A stretch of 64,000 nt of DNA from the NCBI GenBank assembly GCA_951406725.2, contig OX597826.1, positions 35,278,001 to 35,342,000 on the forward strand. The letters run 5' to 3'. Position numbers and translations under genes: made by a program. Shown one piece after another: positions 52,617 through 64,000 of the stretch (positions are counted from its first letter, which is position 1; every line of letters starts with the position of its first letter). Source of the DNA: Octopus vulgaris. Its lineage: Eukaryota. The notes under the pieces are model-generated. The model searched no databases. It worked only from the letters and a program-made list of their open reading frames with translations, and was not told the origin of the DNA.

Positions 52617-53829
52617 TACATACATACATACTTACACACAGACACTCGTACACACTGACGCACAAACACACACACTATCTCAGACTGAACTAAAATTGAC
52701 GTGCTTTAGAGTCTCGATGAGGAAATTCTCGCCTTTGTTGAAGAGATCCATAGTAGAGGCAACCGAGGTAATAATAAAATGATTTCGAGAACCATATGGC
52801 AGAGTACGAGCTCACTGAGCCCGTTGCCCCTGCACTATGAACAGAATGTCCAAGACCAGTGACATGCTTCTCTTTGATAAATTTATGGAAAGCATGAGAA
52901 GTGAGAGCCAAACTTTTCAAAAGCCTCAAAATCTGCTACCTGAGCAACGATCACATCGGATAAGATAGTCTGGAGTTGACAGGGATGAGACAAAGGCAAT
53001 CAGCGAAATGGTAATGTCTGAAGCAGTATTATGGATTTCCTCAACCAGAGTAGACCTGAGGCTAAATAATTACAAAAACAAGGTGTTAATACATCCAATA
53101 ATGTGTATTTCTACCAAAATTAATATTTCGATGTTGCCTCCCTTTTGTTATTTGATAATATAACAAAGAAAAAATATGATAACGTTAGAAATGCAGATGT
53201 CTTTCATGAGTAGAATTATTTGTTAGCAACACAGAAGGGAAAAAAATGCCTCGTTCTGACAAACACTTGTTATTTATGATCTAACATTTTACATTTGAAA
53301 TAATTTTAACGTTTTGCTACAGAACAACACAAGTTATCGCAAAGATTATTTTTGTGCTGCTTTCATTTCGTTATATTTCCTTTCATTTTATTTTATTTTA
53401 TTTTATTTATTTATTTATTTATTTATTATTAATGTGACTTTTTGCATGTTTAAGGGAAAATAAGTCTTTGAATTCAGTTGGGGCGGTAGGGGTTTGCCAA
53501 TCCCGTTAAGTCAATTCTAAAGAGAATATTATCTTTAAGCTGTGATAATCCATCTCAAACGGTAATATCTGTCAATGGCGGAAATGGAAGATTTATAAGT
53601 TGACAATATTTCAATTTATGTTCGCGTAGAAGGTAAAATAAAACTAAGAAAGTAAAAATAAAATATATCAACACTAAAGAGTTTCTCTCACTGCCTATGA
53701 TTATCTGTAATTTATAATTCATTATCGTTGTTGTTATTGTTAATGTGTCATAATTGTTTTAAAAGTGTTATTTATAGCTGGAGTTTATTTATGGGGAAAA
53801 AGAAATACAAACGCAAAACTTATAATATT

Positions 53830-54045
53830 GATTTCAAATTTTGGTACAAGGCCAGTAATTTCGGGAGGGGGGGGGGGGCTTAAGTCAATTACATCGAACC
53901 TAATGCTCAACTGGTACTTATTTTATTGACCCCGAAAGGTTGAAAGTTAAAGTCGACCTTGGTGTAATTTGAACTCAAAACGTGAAGAAGGACGAAATAC
54001 CGCTGAGCATGTTACTCGGTGTGCTGACGATTCTGCCAGTTGGCC
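53830..54045 (-). mobile_element. Deu/Nin-like SINE
   Basis: ctggtacttattttattgaccccgaaaggttgaaagttaaagtcgacc...ttctgccag. Confidence 0.8.
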
Positions 54046-55357
54046 AAAAGCAATGATATTAATAAGATTCATTTTATCAATTCTGGAAGGATAAATTACA
54101 AAGCCGAGCTTCGAAGGATTAGAATTCAGAAGACAATGTGCTGAATAAAAGAATTTTATTCAAACATTATTCTTAGACACTACAGCTGCAATCATGTTGG
54201 GGTACCACTTTCAAGGATTTAGTTGGTTAAACCGACCCATAACATTTTTGTCTGTGGAATTTATATTTATTTTACCAAATTGATTTCTCGAGCTACCACG
54301 TCAGGGAGAGAAAGCTATACAATGAAACACAAGCACTCAGCACTTAGACTTTTTAACAGTTGTCCTACGATATCTATATATGAATGTATGCGGGTATGCA
54401 TTTTAAATGTATATGGGAGAATGGTAATCATATATATTCTGTAGAAATTGTTGTCGCAGACAGTCTTACTTCTTGGTTTTTGCTCGTATTAATTAGTTTA
54501 TACTTTGAGAGAGGGCTCACTTTTGTTGCGCATGTGTACTTTATTATATAATTTGATGTGCTAGCAATTTCTGCATCCTCATCTTTTTATTCCAACACAA
54601 ATGAATGCTTGAAATATTTAAAAGCACAAACAGACGTTTGATCATTTGTTGTGGCCGTTTATGAGACAGATCTACCAATGCATTATTACTTCAATTGTCA
54701 GAGCACATACAGATTTCTATAGAGATGGAAGTTGTGTTTCCCCGGGGATTTGTGAAATTGCTTTCACTGGGGTGGGGTGGATTCTCCATGTAAATCTACT
54801 TTATGGGGAATGCTTATGACAGGCTGGTTGTACATTTTAAAACGTAAGTAGGAACGAGTGCAAGATGTTCTCATATACTCAGTACCTGGTCGTTACCTAG
54901 CATTTATATATGTACACACATACACAGAAAAGAACACACACTAGCACACACCTATTCGCATACATACTGAATAAGTGTCAATAGACGAAACTATCAGTTC
55001 CTGAGTCACTCTGCTCTTCTGCTAATTAATAATCAACACTATGCATACTCGTGTTTTTAGTCCTATATTTCTGTTTGAATCAGCGAGCCAACTTATGTAG
55101 CATAAAGTCAGGATGCATGAGAGGTGAACATAGATATATTTAACCTCATGTAATCTATCTTCACTGCTGAATTAATACTTTATATTCTCCTCGCGGAATA
55201 ATCAATTCTGTTACAGGGACACTTTACACATTACACAAATATGTCATTGATTACTACGTGAACTGATAGCCAAGTCCATTGGAGGAGCTTATAGTTTTAA
55301 TCCCAAGGATCGCTGATTTCATATATTATACTAGTCCTAAAGACATATGTATGTATG

Positions 55358-55388
<31 letters not shown>

Positions 55389-55827
55389 TACGGAGATGTA
55401 CTTGCATAGCGAGTGACTTGATCTGAGATCGTGTGCTGGAACGAAAAGAATTGCATCGTGGAAGGTGTTTATAAGCCATTTAAGAAACAAGAAAAAACGT
55501 TAGATTCACTTCAACATTTAAATTTAATTTGTCAAAATATTTTCGTCGCTTTGAAGAGGGAGTTGGGTTTCAACAAAGATACAAGGCTCCATCTTAGGGG
55601 TGTAGTTAACACAGACAAATTCACATTTGGAACTTGATTGTAGATCTTGGGAGGAAGCTTTCATAATGGTAATATTTTCCTTCCTCATCACTTTGTATAA
55701 TGCTTGTGGGTTGGAAGCAAAATGTATGTATGTATGTACATATATAAGTGTGTGTCAGTGTTTATGCACACACACATATATATAATATAATATAAGTAAA
55801 ACACTGAATACTTTTACAAAGAGCCTC

Positions 55828-56315
55828 ATCAGTATAGGCCAAGATTGATCCTTTGTTAAAGAGGTTTGTGCGTTGCTGTGTCCATGTCTCTACCCAGAAG
55901 ACCATTGAGACAACAGCGATAGCTAGTTTGAAAATGATATATTTAAATCTATCAGACTAATGTAACCAATAACCAATCATTAGAATAGATTTAAATATCT
56001 CATACTTTGTGTAAGTAGTATTACTGGCTTTTTGGCCTAGTGGATAAGGGTGTTTTGTGACAGACAAGACAGTGGGGGTAGATGGAGGTTTCAGTGTCAG
56101 GTAAGGATTGTGATATGATCTCATTTACTTTTATTTTTCTCTAGAGATGTGTTAAAAGGGGGAAGAAAAATAAAAACACAATCAGTGTAGGCCATGGGCA
56201 AAGATTGATCCTTTGTCCAAGGGGTATATGTGTTGCTATGTCTGTATCTCTTTACCCACAGGACCATTGAGACAATTGCAATTGCTAGTTTGAAAATGAT
56301 ATATTCAAATTTTAT
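55828..56315 (+). repeat. Diverged ~125-bp direct repeats separated by ~230 bp
   Basis: atcagt.taggcca..aagattgatcctttgt...gaccattgagacaa...gctagtttgaaaatgatatatt at 55828 and 56181. Confidence 0.8.
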
Positions 56316-56590
56316 ATAGCTATTTAATGTGGTAGCATTCTTGGTTTTCTGTGACTTTAGTAATATTTGAGGGGAGAATGTTAAATGCTCCAGAACACAG
56401 CATGCTACCTGATTCAGGAATTGATCTCACATCCTTAATGATCATAAGCTGAACACCCTAAAAACAAGACCATACACTTTCATGGCGAAGTCAGTAGAGT
56501 GATGGGTTGATTTCCATTTATATCCTGGGTTCAAGTCCTGCCAAGCCCAGCTTAGCCTTTCATTCTTAGCCTATTCAATAAAATAAAGTA

Positions 56591-57559
56591 TGTGCCATGA
56601 CTGCTGAGGACATACATAAGCTCACAAGGAATGAAGCCAGTATGATCCAATGGATGTGTAATGTCAGCGTGCATACTCGACAGAGTGTAAGTACCTTGAG
56701 AGAAATGTTGGACCTAAGAAGCATCAGATGTAGTGTGCAAGAGTGACGACTGCGCTGGTATGGTCATATGGCGAGAATGGATGAAGATAGCTGTGTGAAA
56801 AAATGCCACACCCTTGCGGTTGAGGGAATCTGCGGAAGAGGTAGACCCAGGAAGACCTGGAATGAAGTGGTGAAGCATGACCTTTGAACATTAGGCCTCA
56901 TCAAGGCAATGACTAGTGATCGAGACTTTTGGAAATATGCTGTGCTTGAGAAGACCCGGCAAGCCAAATGAGACAATAACCTCGTGGCCTATGCCAGGGG
57001 TGTAACCAGCCCACTTATGCATACCTGTCCTTCATTGGACACTAAACTCTACTTGTGAAGACCTGTTGAGGCAAGTGAAATCGAAAGCGAAATCAAATTC
57101 GATGACTAGCATCCGTGCTAGTGGAACGCGAAGAGCACCATCCAAGCATGATTGTCGCCAGAGCAGCTTACTGGCTTCCATGCTGGTGGCACGTAAAAGG
57201 CACCATTTGAGCGTGATCATTACCAGCGTCGCCTTACTGGTATTTGTGCTGGTGACACGTGAAAAAAACATTCGAGCGAGGTTGTTGCCAGTGCCGCTGG
57301 ACTGGCTCCTGTGCAGGTAGCAAGTAAAAAAGCCCCATTTGAGCGTGGCCGTTGCCAGTACCGCCTAACTGCCCTCGTGCCGGTGGCACGTAAAAGTAGC
57401 CACTACATTCAAGGAGTGGTTGACCTTAGGAAGGGCATCCAGATGTAGAAACTCTGCGAGATCAAGATTGGAGCCTGCTGCAGCCATCTGGTTCGCCAGA
57501 CCTCACTCAAATCGTCCAACCCATTCTAGCATGGAAAGCAGACGTTAAACGATGATGAT
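56591..57559 (+). mobile_element. RTE LINE 3' fragment with long repetitive 3' UTR
   Basis: RNEASMIQWMCNV..RLRWYGHMARMDED..GRGRPRKTWNEVVKHDL; stop ~56969; tail gttaaacgatgatg. Confidence 0.9.
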
Positions 57560-57619
57560 AATATATAAATATATGCATATATACATACATATATGTACAT
57601 ACCTACATACATATGTATA

Positions 57620-58035
57620 TATCTCTATATATAAAACTGAATTGCGTTTTTACCGCTCGGATCGCTTTCAATGCCACTACATCGCGTCCGATTCGCTCCA
57701 AAATTTACAGGGACATGTAGAATGAGGTGACGATGCGCGTGGGCTACCTTAGAAATCCCTATCTTAAAAGGTGTGGTTGCTAGGGGCCATCTTCCTCACT
57801 CATCATATTTCCTCCAGTACTCTCTCACTCCTCTTCATTTGACAATGCCACTACGGTTATTTAATGTAAAGTCTTCCTCAAATCACTCTCTCGCTGTTTC
57901 CTCTCTTCGAAGAATATTTTCACTCACTCTTATCTCTTAGCTTCCCATACATTTTACTCATGTATCTATCAGCGTTCATAGTCAGAAACAAATATTACAT
58001 CGCCATCGCCATCGCATTCTATTGTCTACCTGTCA

Positions 58036-58068
<33 letters not shown>

Positions 58069-58172
58069 CATATATCTAATATTATATTTTTATTTTTATG
58101 TTTTTGGTTTTTGTTTTTTACTGTTTCATTTCCATATTAGTGGTTTTATCTCTAATTTAATTTCTACAGCGT

Positions 58173-58211
<39 letters not shown>

Positions 58212-59040
58212 TATGTGGCCCCAGTACACCCGAATGAAATCGGGTTCTCTTCATCAAAATGTGAAAAGGGGTCTACAATTATCATCGCCACCACCAACAC
58301 CACCAACACACAATCATGACAATCTTTCTCTTAAAACAAATCATGTTTACATTGCAAAATATTTCATTTTCCCGTCCTCTCTTTCATATATCACCTTTTC
58401 TTTCTCGAGCTCTCTCTTTTTTCGCCGTCTGTATTTATTCTACAACGAGTCTATCAATGACAGCCGCAAAAGTTTCAATATTCCTACTTCACCTCTTTCA
58501 CAAACGCAACAGATATTATTTTTTTTTTTGCCGGGGTTAAAGCCCACTACATCCCGTCGGATTCACTCCAAAATTTACACCTTCTCTTTCTACCTCTAAC
58601 TCCCATTCAATTTCTCTTTATCTCCATTCTTAAAGATAATTATCATCGCCACAACCACCACCACCAACACACAATCTGGACAATCTTTCTCTTATAACAA
58701 ATCATGTTTACATTGCAACGACGTCTGCCACCTCCGCCGTCTCTATTTATTCTGCAAATGACCAGAACTCGGGAAACTTGGTTGAGTGTTCTATGGTCTA
58801 TGACCAGAACTCGGGAAACTTGGTTGAGCGTTCTATGGTCTATGACCAGAACTCGGGAAACTTGCTTGACTGTTCTATGGTCTATGACCAGAACTCGGGA
58901 AACTTGGTTGAGTGTTCTATGGTCTATGACCAGAACTTGGGAAACTTGGTTGAGTCCTCATCTTATAAAATGTGGCCCCAGTAGACCCAAATGAAATCGG
59001 GTTATATTAACCAAAATGTGAAAAGGGGTCTAAATGGGGC
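57620..59040 (+). mobile_element. Probable non-autonomous Helitron-like element with internal duplications
   Basis: 5' tctatatataaaactg start typical of Helitron-N; several segments duplicated internally; no 3' CTRR end identified. Confidence 0.4.
58758..58955 (+). repeat. 42-bp minisatellite, ~4.7 copies, each an imperfect hairpin
   Basis: Unit atgaccagaactcgggaaacttggttgagtgttctatggtct. Confidence 0.95.
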
Positions 59041-59644
59041 TGGAAGGGGATTAAAATTTAAAGGAGCGGGTGTTTAGCAATTCTCTGTTACATCAAGCTA
59101 AACAATTTGCGCCAGCCTTTTAATCGTCAATGTGTTGCCGTCCATGATGAAGAAGTTTTGAATGCTTGCCATCGTGAGTCTACTGTCGTGAGAAAGAATC
59201 AATTCAAAACTTGGTTTTTAGGGATTTTCTTTTACATCAAGATCAAAATTTTACGCCAGCCGTTGAACTGTCAATACGTTGCTGTCCGTCGTTAAGAAAT
59301 GCCAGCCATGGTGACTCTACTATCCTCAAATTCTATCCCTTCAAACTTTGGTTTCCAATATTTTATTATTTTTATTCAGCTCGCAAGTTCGTCTGTCCCT
59401 TTTAAATGTTAGTGTTTTGCTGTCTGTCTTGAAGCAGACCTTTCCGTTGTTACTGCCTGATATTTATGATTGATCTTTCTAAATATTTTATTTCTCAACT
59501 TACTCAAGATCTTTTGTTGTTTATAAATGGGAGAGAGATACATAAAGATAGAGAGTAAGAGAAAGCGAGGGAGAGTCCGAGAGAAAGGAAGAGTAAGAGA
59601 GTGGGAAAGTGAGAGAGAAAGGAGAAAGAAACAAAGAGGGAGAA

Positions 59645-59956
59645 TCATCATCATCATCATCATCGTTTAACGTCCGTTTTCCGTGCTAGCACGGGTTGGA
59701 CAGTTTGACAGGGGTCTGGGAAGCCAGGAGGCTGCACCAGGCTCCAGTCTGATCTGGCAGTGTTTCGACAGGTGGATGCCCTTCCTAACGCCAACCACTC
59801 TGTGAGCGTAGTGGGTGCTTTTTTCGTGCCGCCTGCACAGGTGCCAGGGGGCTAGCAGCGGCCACGATCGGTTGGTGCTTTTTACGTGCCACCAGCACAG
59901 AAGCCAGTCAAGGCGGCGCTGCAATCCGCCACGTTCGGATGGTGCTTTTTACGTGC
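59645..59956 (-). mobile_element. RTE LINE 3' UTR fragment
   Basis: Same family as 28838-29155 and 56591-57559. Confidence 0.85.
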
Positions 59957-60859
59957 TGAAAGGAAGAAAGTAACAACCACACTCTTACCCGCGCGTAGAG
60001 CGGGTCACCTTATATATATATATGCATATATGAATACATTTATATGTGTCTATATGTATGTATGTGTGTATGCATGTATGAGTATATGTGTGTATGTATA
60101 CAGGTGTATATGTGTATGCGCGTGTGTCTCTATAGCTGTGCTTGTCTGTGTCTGCGTAACTTCTATGCGTTTGACTGAATATCACCGTTCAAGAAAAAAC
60201 TTCATGCAAAATTATGATCAAAAATTGTGTAGCTGTTGATCAACACATGTTTCTTTCACCCGAAAGGTTCGAAGAACTATATTAACCAACGTGTTGGATT
60301 TTAAGAAGACACAGTGTGAATGAGTCATTATTTGACTGCTATTTATAGCAGATCATGTGGATCCATAGTGTTATATAACTTATATATTTGGTAAAATATA
60401 CATCAATGCAATAATTACAAATAGGTTATGAGCGTGGTGTAGCTGAATAAAATCACTTGAAGGTGGTACAGAAGCCTGGCCACATTCCAAAATGAAGCTA
60501 CTTTAAAGGAGGAAAAATATAAAAGAATAAGTCTGTAACCAAATCAATGAACTTCTAACCAGAGAAGTATCTCAGCAAGCTAGGAATAAACGAAAACCAG
60601 CAGGAAATTATAGCCAAATACAATCCGGGCCTTCAAATAATTGTTTACACGGGAGCAACCCCAAACGCTAAATAATCTAATTTACTCGGTATTCATGACA
60701 GTATCATGAATAACAACATTCGACCCTAATTGAGTCATTCAATGTCAGCCAGTGGAAGGAAGGCCAAATACAGTAGAAGGTCAAGAAAAAGGAGAAAAGC
60801 ATATTTTATAGAATCGAATAAAAAGGGAAGAAACTAGTATGGAAAAATAAAGGGAAACG

Positions 60860-61900
60860 AATGGAAGATACTTAAGGCAAAGAATGAGAAACTGTGAGTA
60901 AGGGAGAGATAAAACAATTGATTGTAGCCAAGACATACTGGATATTACTGAGAAACAAGAAGAGTTCTTATATCAGAATCAGGTATTAAGATCCAATACA
61001 AAGCAATTTCTACCATGATATCAATAATAAAACAAACAAAATCGTAATAGAAGTCACAACTAAATTACAAATAAATCCAGCCATATTGTGAGAATATAAG
61101 GAAATGAAATAATATAAAGTAAAGATTGCAAAAATCGTGGTAAAGGAAAATACAATAACACTGCGAACATGACTGTGAATAACTAGTAGGTAATTTAAAC
61201 GTTCTTTCAAAGATCGTTAGTAAATGTAATTCTAACGTAACTGATAAACTCTCAAAATTCTAACCAAATATAAATCTTAACCAGTTTACATGAACTTATT
61301 GCAACACTATTTCATGAATGACTGATATGACCAATATCAACAGATGTCTTTTTATTTTTACTATCCGGGTACGCAGTATTAATTCATAGAAGCGAAATCA
61401 ATAAAGAGCAGAAAAACCTACAGACTGATAACCATTTTGCCAAACCCAGCATCTTTACTTCCCATCAGGCTGGCTGTTTATATGGAAGATAATAATATCT
61501 TATGAAAGAACAGAAAAGGCTACGGTTATATAAAGTAGAGATATTACTAAACGCAGCAATTATTAAAGTCAGGAAAAATTGTCTAAGCATCTAAACATTA
61601 CATGAATTGCTTAAAAAACGCCTACGGCAGTGGCATGCCGGGCTTTGGCGTATTGAAGACGTCGTACATAAATAACTATCTATACTAAAGGCAATATATC
61701 AAACAAGCCATGTCAAAACGGAAAACATCAATAGCAGCGCAAGTTAAAGAGAAAATAATAAAAAAATATATACATATATACTGTTATCTGAAAAGACATT
61801 TTTTAGGCAGATTCCTTATCGACACTGCTGCCTAGCTACAATTCTGTTGCATCAAACTACAAATGGTTACACATGATAAGGAGACATTATTAAACAACTG
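60860..61900 (+). pseudogene. Possible ancient LINE AP-endonuclease remnant
   Basis: Weak fragments TVSKGEIKQLI..DILDITE and GRFLID..NSVASN in the expected order. Confidence 0.2.
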
Positions 61901-62679
61901 TTCTGCACGAATGTAGAAGGGACAATTTCCAACCGGAAAACTTAACAAAAACATTGTTCATAAATTCTACTTGCTCTCTTATCAAGATGGCTATAATTAA
62001 ATAAATGCACTAAATCTACTCAATAAGAAAAGTTAATTAAATAAAACTTAGTCAATAATTTAGATTTAGACAATGAAATTACAAATTAGATCTAACAGCA
62101 CACCGAAATATTTGAGAGTAAAAGACAATGGCAAGATAGACGACACTGAAACAAATCGGTGAATTTGATAAGAGTATTGTGGAATAATGAAACTGTTTTG
62201 CTCATTACATTATGTAAATATTTACGCAACTAATTATCTTAAGCTTGGACTTTATAGTTTTTCCCTTCTGCCTGTGCTCGTTTCTAAATATTCTTATAAA
62301 CAAGAATTTATTGTTATCAATTTCTGTTTGCATTAAGCTCCTTCCTTCGTCTGTGTGTCATAGCTATGCTTTAACTATATCACAGTTAGGATGGAGGATT
62401 AGAATTATCCAGAGTGGGTTTATCGCTTTATCTTCTAAAACTCTTCATGTTTCTTAAGTTCGATTTCTTTCGGATTTTTCTCCTTTTTGTTTGTTTTCTT
62501 GAGTTTACAGATAATGTCTGCGGTATTTAAGGTATACATGTGTCTTGTTTCTGGTACTGGTCTCAACTTGGAATATTTAATCTGACTCTCTTTCAGTGCT
62601 CTCACTACTTTTATATTCATAAACACACACACAAACGCATGCATGCACACACACACACACACACACACAACGCATGCAT

Positions 62680-62716
<37 letters not shown>

Positions 62717-62895
62717 AACACTAACATTCTGCATAAACTTGCATCTACACATACTAACGTTATATTCATACTCTCAACTCAATATCATACCTCAATACAA
62801 ACACTTCTCAGAGCTCTTGACCTAGCTTGTTCTGATTGATTCCATGAGAGCAGACAGAGGTCTCACAGGGTCTCTTTCTGCAAAATATAAGCTTT

Positions 62896-63313
62896 GGTAC
62901 TTTTCGGTTTGAACGGCAGCTTTTAACATAATTTCTAGGTGACTAAAAACTTTTATACTTCGTATACTGGTAGAATGTGTTTATAAAACATCTTTTTCTC
63001 TTGGCTTTATTGAGAAAATTCTATAGTTCGTAATATATTTGTTGTCTTTTTTCTTCAATTTCTGCAATTTCAACAAGTCACTGACGTGTATTGAGGTAAA
63101 AAAACATTCTGTGCCGTATGAATATGTCCCTCGTTTAAGAAACAGATTGGGTTTATTTACATTTGTTAAGAAAAAGAGACACTCTTCCCCCCACCCCTAA
63201 CCTTAACCCTAAAACAGATTGAAATGCAATAGATCGATACTAGGGTCATAATTATGGGTGACAATTTCATGTGACACCGCTAGAAAAAACTGCCCTTCAA
63301 ACTGAAAAGATCC
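62896..63313. mobile_element. MITE / non-autonomous DNA transposon with ~29-bp TIRs
   Basis: ggtacttttcggtttgaacggcagctttt vs aaaaactgcccttcaaactgaaaagatcc; internal ccctaaccttaaccctaa. Confidence 0.75.
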
Positions 63314-63862
63314 CTTGAATGTTAACTTACTGTTTTTATGTAAACTTAATGATACCAAAACCTAATTCCCCGTTATTTCATAGATGTTGACATGTATTCT
63401 ACATCAACTACATTGCTTGCCTCGACCAACTTTTCACCATTTATTCACGATACACCCAGACATTTTAATGCCAGAATTCACACATTAAGTTATTATAATT
63501 TCTTACTCATCATAAAAACCAAACATTTATTCCATAATATTGTACAACACATTAGAAAACAACCTTTTCCATATAATTACCATTTTCGCAAACTTGCACA
63601 AACCTAGTTCACACGTTTGAATTTACAATAGCCTCTCAAGTTTGGTCACACAGTATGATCACTCTTCACTCCTGAAAAACAACTTCTTTGCTCTCCTAAC
63701 TATCTGCCTTTCATTGCCAGGGTTTTGCAACTGTAAATCAATATTTCTTTCCCTTCCACTTCCGTCTCTCCAAAGTATTGCCATATCTTCGTTTTATCTC
63801 CACCACAATGAAATCCCCTGAAATCGTTGACACATTTTCGCTGTCTCTGTCGACTTGCTCAT

Positions 63863-63863
<1 letters not shown>

Positions 63864-63926
<63 letters not shown>

Positions 63927-63961
63927 CAACAACAACAACGACAACGATAATAATCATAATA

Positions 63962-64000
<39 letters not shown>
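63864..64000. repeat. (AAT)n followed by inverted (ATT)n
   Basis: Directly visible. Confidence 0.95.

Noticed and set aside
52389-52625. Host C2H2 zinc-finger gene exon
   Set aside because: No TGEKP linkers or splice acceptor; followed by an RTE-type tail shared with another repeat
58758-58955. CRISPR-like palindromic repeat array
   Set aside because: Units are contiguous with no unique spacers, no cas genes are present, and the context is eukaryotic

Overview
AT-rich, microsatellite-saturated eukaryotic DNA. The SINE families present point to an Octopus genome, and the window is most likely intergenic or inside one very large intron. I find no supportable host protein-coding gene, and nearly all ORFs in the track are translations of (TA)n, (CA)n or (ATT)n repeats. 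The recognisable content is transposon-derived. It includes a young, GC-rich, 5'-truncated RTE/BovB-like LINE (41.6-43.3 kb), a degenerate R4/Dong LINE in (TAA)n (25.0-27.7 kb) with two further Dong 3' ends, and other RTE fragments. There are also at least four tRNA-derived SINE families, a fold-back mariner, hAT, Helentron and Helitron-like non-autonomous elements, and MITEs. The most interesting layer lies outside the ORF track. Two decayed Penelope-like (PLE) GIY-YIG endonuclease remnants of different types (one Naiad-like) lie at 38.9-41.2 kb. At least four well-formed and several decayed type-I hammerhead ribozyme motifs of unrelated sequence families occur across the window, mostly beside (TA)n tracts. 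Also notable are a non-autonomous RTE-derived element sharing its 3' tail with a double-zinc-finger LINE in the same window, and a tandem array of putative H-type pseudoknots in an RTE 3' UTR. All calls were made by eye, and the boundaries of old repeats are approximate.
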